A DNA stretch of 64,000 nucleotides from an uncultured Gemmatimonadales bacterium (GCA_964473155.1 CAYYNT010000014.1:1041-65040), one strand, 5' to 3'; shown: positions 27,304 to 37,733, numbered from the stretch's first letter. Numbers and translations are program-made. Notes: a model not told the origin generated them from the sequence alone.

Positions 27304-28683
27304 ATGCCTAACTTCCCGTTAAGACTGACCTCGGCAAGTCTATTGCTGGCTTTTTGTTCATCTGCATTTTGCGGTGCAGCCTTTTGTCAGTCCGATGAAA
27401 GAAACGGCGAAACAGACTCAACGGCAGGTAAAACATCATCATCAACACGCTTGAGACCGGAACCGCCGGACTGGTATGCGGGAGATATGCACGTGCACCG
27501 GAGCTGCGGCGGAGATCCTGTGCCTGACAGCGTACTTTTGCCGAAAATGAAAGAAAAAGATCTGGCCGTAATCTCCGTACTGGCGGATATGGGCAACGGA
27601 GAGGTGAAAGATGCGGAATCAGACTTGCCGAAAGTCAACGGAAAGGATGCTCCGGAGTCAAAAGAGGGACGGATAATACACTGGGATGCGGAATGGCACT
27701 GGGATGCCACATATTCCAACTTTGAGCATCAGGCGCTGGGAGGACATCTTGTCCTGCTGGGGCTGAAAGAGGCCCATCAGATTTGGGATGAATCCCCTAA
27801 CAGGATAGCGGAGTGGGCAAAAGAACAGAATGCCGTCTGCGGATTTGCCCATATGTGGTATCTAAATGATACGATACAGAGCGAATTGAACTGCTGCATA
27901 CCGATAGACTATCCTGTAGAAACCGCTCTTGGAACGATAGATTTCATATCGGACGATGTCCGTGGCAGTGACTCAGCTATCCATGCCTATTACAGGTTGC
28001 TGAATTGTGGATTCCGGCCGGGTTTTGCAGCCGGAACGGATTATCCATGCAACGATAACGAACCGCTGGGGACTCTTCTGACTTATGTGCGGGTCAAGGA
28101 TAAACCCCTGACCTACGCTGACTGGATAGAAGGGATAGCAAAAGGCAGCACCGTAGTCTCGCGTAATGCGCACGATGAATTCCTGGAATTCGTGGTGAAT
28201 GACAGCATCGGTCCGGGCCAGGAAATCCGGTTGAAGGGAAAGGGAACGGTTCAGGCGGAAATAAAATGGTCCGCCGCAAAAAAACTGACCGGCAGAGTGG
28301 AACTGATATGCAACGGAAAAGTAGTGGCAAGTAAGAGTGGAACTGTAGATGCGGGCGCGCCTCTGATTCTGAAGACTTCGCAGGATTTCACCAGGAGCGG
28401 CTGGTTATGTGCCAGGCGGATGAGCCAGGAGGGCTATCAGGTTCACGCCTCCGCGGTGTTTGTAACGGTGGATGACGCTCCGGTCCGGGCCAGCGCCGAA
28501 GACGCGTTGTTTTTTGTCAGATGGATAGATAATATTCTTGAAAAAACCACACCCGGCGGTGAGTGGAACAGGTACTTCACTCATGACCTGAATGTGGTGC
28601 GGGATCGCTATAATAAGGCCAGGGAGATTTATCTGAAAATCTCAGAAGAAGCACGAAACATTGAAGACGGTGCTGTTAAATAG
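27304..28683 (+). CDS. Exported PHP-like metallohydrolase (CehA/McbA family-like)
   Basis: Signal peptide; WYAGDMHVH, GHLVLLGL, FAH, YYRLLNCGFR...AGTD; visibly more AT-rich than its neighbours. Confidence 0.78.
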   Translation: MPNFPLRLTSASLLLAFCSSAFCGAAFCQSDERNGETDSTAGKTSSSTRLRPEPPDWYAGDMHVHRSCGGDPVPDSVLLPKMKEKDLAVISVLADMGNGEVKDAESDLPKVNGKDAPESKEGRIIHWDAEWHWDATYSNFEHQALGGHLVLLGLKEAHQIWDESPNRIAEWAKEQNAVCGFAHMWYLNDTIQSELNCCIPIDYPVETALGTIDFISDDVRGSDSAIHAYYRLLNCGFRPGFAAGTDYPCNDNEPLGTLLTYVRVKDKPLTYADWIEGIAKGSTVVSRNAHDEFLEFVVNDSIGPGQEIRLKGKGTVQAEIKWSAAKKLTGRVELICNGKVVASKSGTVDAGAPLILKTSQDFTRSGWLCARRMSQEGYQVHASAVFVTVDDAPVRASAEDALFFVRWIDNILEKTTPGGEWNRYFTHDLNVVRDRYNKAREIYLKISEEARNIEDGAVK

Positions 28684-28844
28684 ACTGCCTTAAATAATAT
28701 TTGTTGGATTGGCGGGTTGCCAGTATCTGCTTACTGGGAGTCAATTACCGTTCCGGGTTGTTTTTTGCCTCTATCTGAATCTTTCATCGATTCCGGCTGA
28801 TATCCTGGATCATCCGATAACTTCACCTGGAGAGAGATGCCCAT

Positions 28845-29993
28845 ATGAACATCTCGAAGCGTGACTTCATCATGTGCACAGGTCTGTTCGGCATGGCTCA
28901 TCTTACCGGATCGGCCTCGGCATCTCAGCCCGAAGCCACTGGCGCAGAGGGTTCATCCGTGTTCAACGTCCGTGATTTCGGGGCTCTGGGTGACGGGGAA
29001 ACGCCGGACTCCGAGGCCATCCAGAAAGCCCTCGATGCGGCAGGCGCTGTCAGCGGCACTGTTTATTTCCCGGCGGGACGCTATCCCTGCCACGATCTCG
29101 CCGTCCACCAGCATACGACACTCCTGGCGGAACCCCAGTGAGGATATCAGGGCCCGGCTGGAGCGACCCTGCTGCTGGATTCCGATGAGGCGGATTGCCT
29201 GCTCAACATAACCGGCGCTTTCGGAGTGCACCTAAGAGGGCTGTTCCTGCAGGGCAGGCGGGACGCGCGGAAAGAAATCCATGGAGTCTTCCTCAACAAC
29301 GCGGAAAAATACAGCGACAAGGAAGACTCCATTGTCATCGACGACTGCAAGATAGCGGGGTTTTCCGGTCATGGCGTTTATCTGCTCCGCATCTGGCTGT
29401 TTATCATCCGCCACAGTATCATGCAGTACAACAAGGGATGCGGCGTCCAGATAACCGGCTGGGATGGATTCGTGACGGACAACCAGTTCTCGGGAAACGG
29501 CAGCCACGGTTTCGGCTGCGACAAAGTGGGGGCGACTGTCATGTTCACCGCCAACCGCGTGGAATGGAACGGCGGATACGGCCTGTATCTGGTCGCCGGG
29601 GATGCCTGGAACGTCACCGGCAACGCCTTCGACCGCAACTGGGGCGCCGGAATCTGCGCCAGGCAGATGCGCACCACCGCCATTACCGGCAACGTATTCC
29701 GCCGTTGCGGCAAGGACAGCAAACTTCTGGCCGAGGGGGAACACTCCTGCCATGTCCGCCTGGAGGAGTGCAGCGGTTTGACATTCGTTTCCAATACCTG
29801 CGCAGCGGGGCGCGACGACGGCGGCAAGGGCTTGTACACTCCGCAGGCCGGATTAATCCTGCGCAAGCTCAGCCATTCCATAATAGCGAACAACACGCTC
29901 TATCAGGGATATATGGACCGGATGGTCATCGATCTGGGGGAACACGGGGAAGGTTACATATTCGAGAACAACGTCGGCTGCCCCATGGCTTGA
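28845..29993 (+). pseudogene. Right-handed parallel beta-helix (pectate lyase/GH28-like) protein with Tat-like signal, split by one in-frame TGA at 29139-29141
   Basis: ORFs 28845-29141 and 29226-29993 share a frame. FNVRDFGALGDGETPDSEAIQKALD and VYFPAGRY precede the stop; beta-helix repeats follow it. Confidence 0.8.
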
Positions 29994-30116
29994 GCCGCCA
30001 TAATGCATTTTCAGGGATGAATAGTATTTCCTGTCAGACCAGTACTGACACAATTCCTGACGTTCGCCAAAATAAAGCCACCTTGTACGTTATTCCCGAT
30101 TCCCTATGTTCACGGC

Positions 30117-32636
30117 TCAGTTGCTCGCCCGGCGGACATCCGGCATGCGGATCGCCGGGTTGGCCTTGACAAAGGTGCTGAACGTGAACTCGAACCGTCC
30201 GCCCGGCAGGGTGATCAGGCTCAGGTTCGCCTGCCAGCAGTGCAGGTCGCGGCTGAGAATGAATGTCTGGCCCTGAAGGCCGCTGCGTGAAAAGTTATAG
30301 CTGCTGCTGTAGACCAGGTGCCAGTCGCGGGTGGGATTGAATGTGAGCGACCAGCGCAGGCTCTGGTTGTTGTTCAGGCCGCCGCGCGTGCGGGCCAGGC
30401 TGTGGCTCAGGTTCACTGTCCAGGGCATGCTGCGGGCGTAGGACATGTCGCGCTGGTTCTCGTAGCGCTGCTGACGGGTCATGTCGAAAGCGCTGCCCTG
30501 ATAATCCGGGTAACGCTGGCTCTCCAGATAGGCCTCCTCCTCCTGTTCCGCCATGCTGCCGCCCTGCTCCGCCTTGTACGTGCCGCGCAGGGTGAGCGTG
30601 GTGCTCAGGTTGTTCATGAACGGCTTGAAATGCTCCACCAGGCCCGGTTCCACGAGCTGATGGTTCATCATGAGCTGAACGTTCAGGAAACTGGCCGGGC
30701 TGCTGGTGAACGAGGTGTTGAGGTCGCTCCAGCCCAGTGTGTCGCGGCGGGCGGCGCGGATAAGATCGTAGCCCAGGCTGTTTCGCACCGAGAACAGCTT
30801 GCCGTTTTTCACCCCCGGCTCCTGCCCCGGCTGCCCCTGGGCCTGCCTCGGCCCTGACGACTGCGCCTTGCTCTGGTCCTCATCCGTGCGGTACTTGTAG
30901 TCGATATCGTTGGAGACAGTGAAATCCAGGCGGTTGACCCGGCTGGCGGGGCGGTCTCCGGCCAGGTCGGGCTGGTAGGTGTAAGTGAGCCGGGGCATTA
31001 CGCTGTGACGCCAGCGGAAAACCGGCCCCACTTTCGGACCGTCGAACACGCCGTATATCTGGGTGGAGAACGAGCTGGACAGGTTCAGGCTCTGGCGGGT
31101 GTCGAAACCCGTATCTGTCGCCTGATTGTCGCGGCTGGTCTCGGCTGAGTAGCGCAGGCGCGGGTTTATCTTGAGCCAGCCGTAGAGGGTCTGCGGCGTG
31201 TCGAAATCCATGCTGCCGCTGGCCCGGTGGACGCTCCGGGTGTCGGCGGTCTCGCTGCCGCTACGGGTGTTGCTGTAGGCGGTCGAGGCGCCCCAGGTCA
31301 TGTTGTAAAGCCAGCCCGCATTGATCAGCCCGGCGCGGCGCGGAAGGTTCCGGCTGCGCTCCGGGAAAAGGCTGCGCTTGTTCAGGCTTAGCGCCAGCGA
31401 GGGCAGCGTGGAGGTGGAGGTCCCCTGCTGCAGCATCTTCTGATGGTCCAGGGTAGAGCTGATATAGCCCCAGGAGGGACGCCAGGAGAAAGTGGCCCGG
31501 CTTTTCAGGCTCTGGCGCAGGACATCCTGGATGTCGAACGCCGTGCGGCTCAGCAGGTTCCGGCTGCTGGTAAAATTGATCTCCCCGTTAAGACGGCCCT
31601 TTTCTCCGACATTCTGGTTGTGGCGGCCGAAAATACTGTAATCCGTGGAGCCGTTGGACTTGTCCCAGATGCGCCGCAGGTCGAATTCCCCATCATACCC
31701 GTATCGCTCGCGGTAGCGGGTGCGCCCGCGAAGGGTGGTCTGGCTGGAGGTGCGGATATCCAGCGCCCCCATCACGTCCACATTGTCGTTTATGGCCCAG
31801 AAATATCCCAGGTTGCCTATCGTGCGGCCCGTGCCGGAGCTGCGCATCACGCTGTTCAGACCGATACGCGGCTGGAGTATTCCGCTGACCCGGTTGCCCC
31901 GAGTGACCGGAAAGAACACGAACGGCAGGGCGAACACCGGGACCCGTCCCACCTTGAGCACCACCGGTGCGGCGAACACCCGGCGGTCACGGATCACTTT
32001 TATCCGCGGGCTTTCGAAATGGTAGTGGCTTCCCGGCTCGGTCAGGTCGCAGGTGGTGAACGCGTTGTCCGCGCCATAGATGCTGTCCGGGCCGACCTTG
32101 CTCAGGCGGCGGCTGTCCAGGATCCAGTCGCCGAACGTGGTGTGCCCGCCCGAGATCATGCCGCGGTCGCGCTCCACGTTGTAGCGCATCTGCGTCCCCT
32201 CTATTTTCTCGGTCCCGTCATCCAGCGCGGGTTTCCCGCTGACAAATATCTCCCCGGTCAGGCGGTTGTAGGCGATAAGAGAATCGGCCTGCACTTTCTG
32301 TCTGTTCTGGGTCACCTCGGCCTTGCGCTGAAGAAGCATCACCCCGCGGCGGACCAGGAAAGTGATCTGCTCCCCGCTGTAAATGATCGTCTCACTGCCG
32401 CCGCCGCCCAGTTCGGCAAGGGCGCGCATGGTGGAGTCCGGCTCGGGGATATTCGATTTTGAGGTGAGGGAATCGGCAATCGAGGCGGCAGTGTCCCCAA
32501 CAGCTTTGGAAAGGCTGCGCGGGACGGAAGTTCGCCCAAGCGGCGCCCCTCTGGGCGCACCGGCTTCCACAGCCAGCGCGGTCAGCAGAAGGGCGGCGAG
32601 AATGACAGGGGGCAGCGCGGTCAGTCTTATCGCCAC
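30117..32636 (-). CDS. lptD: Putative LPS-assembly protein LptD (OstA-like N-terminus plus beta-barrel)
   Basis: FTTCD, PVVLKVGRVPVFALPF, alternating beta-strand pattern, RDLHCW near the C-terminus. Probable GTG start 32636. Confidence 0.82.
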   Translation of the reverse strand: MAIRLTALPPVILAALLLTALAVEAGAPRGAPLGRTSVPRSLSKAVGDTAASIADSLTSKSNIPEPDSTMRALAELGGGGSETIIYSGEQITFLVRRGVMLLQRKAEVTQNRQKVQADSLIAYNRLTGEIFVSGKPALDDGTEKIEGTQMRYNVERDRGMISGGHTTFGDWILDSRRLSKVGPDSIYGADNAFTTCDLTEPGSHYHFESPRIKVIRDRRVFAAPVVLKVGRVPVFALPFVFFPVTRGNRVSGILQPRIGLNSVMRSSGTGRTIGNLGYFWAINDNVDVMGALDIRTSSQTTLRGRTRYRERYGYDGEFDLRRIWDKSNGSTDYSIFGRHNQNVGEKGRLNGEINFTSSRNLLSRTAFDIQDVLRQSLKSRATFSWRPSWGYISSTLDHQKMLQQGTSTSTLPSLALSLNKRSLFPERSRNLPRRAGLINAGWLYNMTWGASTAYSNTRSGSETADTRSVHRASGSMDFDTPQTLYGWLKINPRLRYSAETSRDNQATDTGFDTRQSLNLSSSFSTQIYGVFDGPKVGPVFRWRHSVMPRLTYTYQPDLAGDRPASRVNRLDFTVSNDIDYKYRTDEDQSKAQSSGPRQAQGQPGQEPGVKNGKLFSVRNSLGYDLIRAARRDTLGWSDLNTSFTSSPASFLNVQLMMNHQLVEPGLVEHFKPFMNNLSTTLTLRGTYKAEQGGSMAEQEEEAYLESQRYPDYQGSAFDMTRQQRYENQRDMSYARSMPWTVNLSHSLARTRGGLNNNQSLRWSLTFNPTRDWHLVYSSSYNFSRSGLQGQTFILSRDLHCWQANLSLITLPGGRFEFTFSTFVKANPAIRMPDVRRASN

Positions 32637-32653
32637 GGACGACTCCGGCCGTA

Positions 32654-33499
32654 TCACTGCGAGTCGGCGGTTTTCTTCTTGCGCGCCACTACCAGCGAGA
32701 TCCAGACACTGATCTCGTAGAGGAAACACATCGGCACGGCGACCAGAATCATACTGCCCGGGTCGGGCGGCGTAACCACCATGGCGATGATGAAGATTAC
32801 CAGGATAGCGTGGCGCCGCTTGGACCGAAGGAACTCGGGAGTCACCAGACCCAGCCGGGCCAGCAGCATGACCACGATAGGAAGCTCGAACACGGCCCCG
32901 GTCAGGAGCACCATCTGGGTGGCCATGTCCAGGTACGAGCTGGCCGTGAGCATGAACTCGGTGGAGGCGAACTGGAATTTGGACAGGAACGCCATGCCCA
33001 GGGGCAGAGTGACATAGAACGCCATCACCGCGCCCAGCACGAACATGAACAGAGAGGCGAACAGGAGCGGGAACACAACCCGCCGCTCTTTCTTCAGCAG
33101 AGCCGGGGCGACAAAGGCCCAGGCATGGTAGATTATGGCCGGGGAGGCAAACAGCAGGCCAAAGAAAAAAGACAACTTCATGGCGATCATGAAACCCTCT
33201 GTGGGCTTGATGATCATTAATTTACCATCCTTCAGATACGGCAATACCGGTTTGACTATTATTGCGAGCAGATCGTATTTGGTGTTCAGCCAGAAACCCA
33301 GGACAATACCGGCAAAGATAAATGCCAGGCACCAGAGGATGCGCTGACGGAGCTCTTCCAGGTGATCCAGGAAAGGCATCTCGCTCCTGCGGTTGAGATC
33401 GTCCTCGTCGGGATTTCCGTACTCATCGAACTCTTTTGCCGCCTCGACCGCGCCGCCTGGATTATCCACCTTCTCGGGAAGGTCCCTGCTTTCTGCCAT
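32654..33499 (-). CDS. tatC: Twin-arginine translocase subunit TatC
   Basis: MPFLDHLEELRQR, WAFVAPALLKKER, FELP, TPPDPGSM, LYEISVW. Confidence 0.96.
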   Translation of the reverse strand: MAESRDLPEKVDNPGGAVEAAKEFDEYGNPDEDDLNRRSEMPFLDHLEELRQRILWCLAFIFAGIVLGFWLNTKYDLLAIIVKPVLPYLKDGKLMIIKPTEGFMIAMKLSFFFGLLFASPAIIYHAWAFVAPALLKKERRVVFPLLFASLFMFVLGAVMAFYVTLPLGMAFLSKFQFASTEFMLTASSYLDMATQMVLLTGAVFELPIVVMLLARLGLVTPEFLRSKRRHAILVIFIIAMVVTPPDPGSMILVAVPMCFLYEISVWISLVVARKKKTADSQ

Positions 33500-33720
33500 A
33501 TATTTGTGCCACTCTTGAAGAATGCCCGCTGTCAGGCCGCCGGACTCTCCGGTCAGGCCGGAAATATCAAGCTGATAATATACTTATCAATCGCGTTAAG
33601 AGCAAGGCTGACATCGGAGAGCGCATAACCGGACCTGCCGCCGATCCCTGTACAGACTTGGCTTTTGAACGCCACCGGATTATCTTTCATTTTATACACT
33701 CCAACCGGCAAGAGGAGCTA

Positions 33721-34584
33721 ATGGATACAGAGAAAAAAGATTTCGACGGCATACGCACGGTGGAAGAACTCAAGCAACTGGTGGCTTTCCTGCGTTCTCC
33801 GGAGGGCTGCCCCTGGGACCATGAACAGACCTCGCGCTCGCTCAAGCCTTACCTGCTGGAAGAGGTCTACGAACTGCTTGAGGCTATTGAAAGTTCAGAT
33901 CCGTCACACCTGTGCGAGGAACTGGGCGATGTTCTTATGCACCTCTGCTTCCAGGTCTCCCTGGCCGAGGAGGCCGGCAGTTTCACCCTGCCGGACGTAG
34001 TGGCGAAAATACGCGACAAGATGGTCCGCCGCCACCCGCATGTCTTCGCCGGGGCGAGGTTCGCCAGCCGCGAGGACCAGCTGTTCGCCTGGGAACAGAT
34101 CAAGAAGAACGAAAAAGAAAAAACTCTGCCCGCCGGGGGCCAGGCTCCCGAGCGCTCGGTGCTGGATGGTCTGCCGAGAAACCTGCCGCCGCTGCTCAAG
34201 AGTTATCGCATCCAGGGAAGGGTAAGCAAATACAATTTCGACTGGTCCGGGCCGCTGGAGGTGTTCGACAAGGTCGAGGAGGAGATCGGCGAGCTGCGCC
34301 AGGCGGTGGAGACAGGCCACAGGGATTCGATGGAGGAGGAAATCGGGGACCTGCTGTTCTCGGTGGTGAACCTTGCCCGCCTTCTCGACGTGCACCCGAA
34401 GTTAGCCCTGGAGCGCACGAACGCCAAGTTCACCCGCAGGTTCAAGGCTCTGGAAAAAAAGCTCCGTCAGCGCGGCCTCCGCCTGGGCAGCCTTCCGCTC
34501 GAAGAACTTGACCGTGTCTGGGACGAGGTCAAGCGCGAGGAGCGGGAGGGTCAATCATCCGAACGGTCAGGCAAGAAAGCCTGA
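33721..34584 (+). CDS. mazG: Nucleoside triphosphate pyrophosphohydrolase MazG
   Basis: LRSPEGCPWDHEQT, EEVYE, EELGD, RRHPHVF, second domain EEEIGDLLF; ATG 33721 after GAGGAG. Confidence 0.96.
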   Translation: MDTEKKDFDGIRTVEELKQLVAFLRSPEGCPWDHEQTSRSLKPYLLEEVYELLEAIESSDPSHLCEELGDVLMHLCFQVSLAEEAGSFTLPDVVAKIRDKMVRRHPHVFAGARFASREDQLFAWEQIKKNEKEKTLPAGGQAPERSVLDGLPRNLPPLLKSYRIQGRVSKYNFDWSGPLEVFDKVEEEIGELRQAVETGHRDSMEEEIGDLLFSVVNLARLLDVHPKLALERTNAKFTRRFKALEKKLRQRGLRLGSLPLEELDRVWDEVKREEREGQSSERSGKKA

Positions 34585-34596
34585 TGCATCCAGCTT

Positions 34597-35853
34597 TCAA
34601 CGCCCCAGCATCCAGGCCCGCACGCTCTGGAAAAACTGACGGTTGTTCTCCATGCCGTTGTACGAGAAAAAACTTATCCCGCCCGCTCCGAGCGGCTCGA
34701 TCCGGTGTGCCCGCTCCATTGTCTGGGATACCGTGGTATCCCAGGCCCTTATTCCGGCCCAGACATTCCCCGCGCCCACAGCCAGGCAGGCGGCCTCGAT
34801 CTGATCGTACACCAGGCCGGGCTTGCTGCTGTAAGCCATCGGGACCACGAAATCAAGCTGTCCCTGACGCACCCAGCGTGTCCAGTCCTGGGCGTAAGTG
34901 CGATAGGCCTGGCCGATATCCGGCTTGACCGCGGCCGACAGCGGCATACCAGGACGCACCTGGTTCAGATGGCCGCGCAGGGTTTCCACGAACTGCGTGA
35001 CCAGCGAGGCCTTGAATGCCAGCCAGCGCTCGGACAGGCTGTCCACGGCGGCCCGTCCCAGACGGCTTTCGAGCTGTTCCCGCCCGGTTCGCAACTGAAG
35101 CGGATCCACACCGCACAGAGTCGCGAACTGCCGTCTTGCCGCCGGACTGTAATCCACCGCATCCGCCGGGTAGCGGATATAATCCAGGTGCAGCCCGTCC
35201 ACCGGATAGCGGCTGACCAGGTCGAGCAGGAACTTTTCCAGTTCCCGCGCCGATTCAGGCTCGGCCAGGCTGCGGAAAGCCCCCTCGATCCTGAGTTTCG
35301 CATAGCGCTGGAAAGGATATTGGCTCATGCGCTCTCCGGAATAATTCATCATTATCCATTCAGGATGGGCCTTCACCACGTGGGCGTTGTCCCGGGGAAG
35401 TTTTGGCGCCGACCACACCAGCAGCGTATTGACCCAGGCGTGAACTTCGATGCGACGGGCATGTGCTTTCTCCAGCACATAGGCCAGCGGATCGAAAGCT
35501 CCCGCCACCCGCTCCGCATAGTCCTCGGCCGGCGGGAATACCCTGGAAGGGAAATAGGCATCCGCGCGCCCGCTCACCTGAACGAAAAGGGTGTTGAACC
35601 CGGCCCCGGCCGCCTGCTCGATCATGCGGTCAATGCTTTCGCGGGAAAGAAGGCTGGTCCGCACGACCCACATGGCCCGTCCGCCATTCACCGTCCGTTC
35701 CGCAACCTTACCCTCTTTCGCTCCCGCCGACGGCCGCATCCGTATTGTGGCTTTCCTGGCCGCGAATGTTTCCTGAAAAGCCACACTCGTTATTATAAGC
35801 AGCGCCAGCGCCATTTTAAGTCGCATCCGCCCGATCCACTCCTGCTTATTCAT
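34597..35853 (-). CDS. Glycosyl hydrolase-like family 10 (GHL10/DUF187) exported protein
   Basis: GFNTLFVQV, DPLAYVLEKAH...EVHAW, YPVDGLHLDYIRYP, DFVVPMAY. Confidence 0.88.
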   Translation of the reverse strand: MNKQEWIGRMRLKMALALLIITSVAFQETFAARKATIRMRPSAGAKEGKVAERTVNGGRAMWVVRTSLLSRESIDRMIEQAAGAGFNTLFVQVSGRADAYFPSRVFPPAEDYAERVAGAFDPLAYVLEKAHARRIEVHAWVNTLLVWSAPKLPRDNAHVVKAHPEWIMMNYSGERMSQYPFQRYAKLRIEGAFRSLAEPESARELEKFLLDLVSRYPVDGLHLDYIRYPADAVDYSPAARRQFATLCGVDPLQLRTGREQLESRLGRAAVDSLSERWLAFKASLVTQFVETLRGHLNQVRPGMPLSAAVKPDIGQAYRTYAQDWTRWVRQGQLDFVVPMAYSSKPGLVYDQIEAACLAVGAGNVWAGIRAWDTTVSQTMERAHRIEPLGAGGISFFSYNGMENNRQFFQSVRAWMLGR

Positions 35854-35863
35854 TTCATGTCAT

Positions 35864-35912
35864 AAAAAAAGGTAAGGCATCGCGGGCGTTCCCGGCAATC
35901 CCTTACCTTTTT
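35864..35912 (-). terminator. Intrinsic terminator of the ribosomal superoperon
   Basis: 12-bp IR aaaaaggtaagg (35866-35877) / ccttaccttttt (35901-35912) with T-run on the minus strand, just after rplQ. Confidence 0.7.
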
Positions 35913-35931
35913 CAAGTCTCATAACTCAGTC

Positions 35932-36447
35932 CTATTCGGACTTTTTCTCTTCTTCCTTTACTTCCACCGTCTCCGCCGGAGCAGTTTCCACCGCTTCCGG
36001 AGCCTGCGCGGCCTTGGCCGGAGCGGCCTCGGCGGCCGGAGTTTCCTTTTTCTTGCGGCCACGGCGGCGGCGTCCGCCGGTCTTTTTCGTCTCTTCCTTG
36101 ACCAGCTCGAAAATCACCATTGTGGCGTTGTCGCCCAGACGGTTGCCGAGTCTCAGGATACGGGTGTAGCCGCCCGGACGGTTGCGATAGCGGTCGCCCA
36201 GAGCGCCGAACAACTTGTCCACAACTTCCTTGTCCCGTACTATGCGCAGGACAAGACGGCGTGCGTGCAGGTCGCCGCGTTTGGCGAACGTGATCAGTTT
36301 TTCCGCCAGCGGACGGGCCTCCTTGGCCTTGGCCACGGTGGTCTCTATCCGCTCATGCTGGAACAGGCTGGTCACCATGTTGCTGAGCATCCACCGGCGA
36401 TGGCTCTGCGACCTGTTCAGGGCCCTGCCTTTTTTCATGTGTCTCAT
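35932..36447 (-). CDS. rplQ: 50S ribosomal protein L17 with Ala/Glu-rich tail
   Basis: MRHMKKGRALNRSQSHR, IETTVAKAKE, GGYTRI. Confidence 0.98.
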   Translation of the reverse strand: MRHMKKGRALNRSQSHRRWMLSNMVTSLFQHERIETTVAKAKEARPLAEKLITFAKRGDLHARRLVLRIVRDKEVVDKLFGALGDRYRNRPGGYTRILRLGNRLGDNATMVIFELVKEETKKTGGRRRRGRKKKETPAAEAAPAKAAQAPEAVETAPAETVEVKEEEKKSE

Positions 36448-36542
36448 GAGTATTCCCTTAATCGCTTGAAACCATTTTGAAGCTCACCGGTGATTATCCG
36501 GACGGCTCCAGTAACGTGTCGTCCCAGTCTCTACGCCGGCGT

Positions 36543-37574
36543 TCATTCCGCCGGTTCAGTCCTGATATCCTCGCCCTCATCGTCGAGGATTTCCCATTCG
36601 CCTTTTTCGTTCTTTTCCAGCTTCATCCCGAAATGCATCCCGTGACGGGAAAGGATTTCTGATATTTCATTCAGCGATTTGCGTCCGAAGTTCCGGAACT
36701 TGATCATCTCGCTCTCGGACTTCTGGACCAGCTCGCCCAGTGTCTTGATATTGCTGGCTTTCAGACAGTTGCTGCTGCGCACTGAAAGTTCGAGTTCCTC
36801 GACGCTGCGGTTGAACAATTCCTTGAGACGGTTCTTGCGCAGATCGGTGGCTGTCGGCTTGGATTCCTCAGGCTCGCTGAAAGTCTTGAGGAATTCGAAA
36901 TGACGGATCAGCATCTCGGCCGCGTTGATCATCGCCTTCTCCGGCGTGATCGCCCCGTTGGTGTTCACCTTCATCACCAGCTTGTCATAATCCGTGCGCT
37001 GCCCGACACGCTGCTCCTCGACATCGAACGAAACCTTAACCACCGGCGAGAACAATGAGTCGATGGGAATGAACTGCGGATCATCATCCGGCGCTTCATG
37101 GCTGTTGGATGGATGATATCCGCGGCCGCATTTGACCATCAGCTCCATACGGACATTTTTCTTATCCTTCAGGCTGAACAGGTAAAGGTCCTTGTTCACC
37201 ACTTCAAAACCCGGAGATGTCTGGATTTTTGCAGCCGTAACCTCGGCGGGATCATGCACCTCGAGCTTGCAGACTCCCTCGACTGTTTCCTCATCCCGGC
37301 GCTTGAGCACCACCCGCTTGAGGTTGATTATTATTTCCGGCATGTCTTCAACAATACCGGGAATGCTCGACAGTTCATGCAGCACGCCTTCCACCCGTAC
37401 TCCCCAGATAGCGGCTCCCTCGAGCGAGGAGACCAGCACGCGGCGCAAAGCGTTGCCCAGGGTGATACCAAAACCCCGCTCCAGCGGATACACGCTGAAT
37501 TCTCCATATGTCTCGGAGTAATTCCGGGTGTTCTTTTCTATTCTGGATGGCAGAACAATATTCTTTAGATTCAT
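36543..37574 (-). CDS. rpoA: RNA polymerase alpha subunit
   Basis: PLERGFGITLGNALRR, RVGQRTDYDKL, LELSVRSSNCL, FRNFGRKS. Confidence 0.98.
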   Translation of the reverse strand: MNLKNIVLPSRIEKNTRNYSETYGEFSVYPLERGFGITLGNALRRVLVSSLEGAAIWGVRVEGVLHELSSIPGIVEDMPEIIINLKRVVLKRRDEETVEGVCKLEVHDPAEVTAAKIQTSPGFEVVNKDLYLFSLKDKKNVRMELMVKCGRGYHPSNSHEAPDDDPQFIPIDSLFSPVVKVSFDVEEQRVGQRTDYDKLVMKVNTNGAITPEKAMINAAEMLIRHFEFLKTFSEPEESKPTATDLRKNRLKELFNRSVEELELSVRSSNCLKASNIKTLGELVQKSESEMIKFRNFGRKSLNEISEILSRHGMHFGMKLEKNEKGEWEILDDEGEDIRTEPAE

Positions 37575-37733
37575 GACCCGTATATCTCCCGCTTGAATTA
37601 TCAAGCTTAAGGGGGAAATTAATCCCGGGTTAACATTACTTCCATCCTGCTGCGCAGCGTTCAGCCTCGGCCTCCCCGCCACGAACAGATCGCCTTTTCG
37701 CCGCGGGACTGCTTCCGGCCCCATCACTGCGGT

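Noticed and set aside
27181-29141. TGA reassignment (five in-frame TGAs before 27304 plus the TGA at 29139)
   Set aside because: Core genes such as rpmJ and rpoA end in TGA at the expected place. The TGA run is explained by xxT-GAx codon junctions of a remnant read in another frame.
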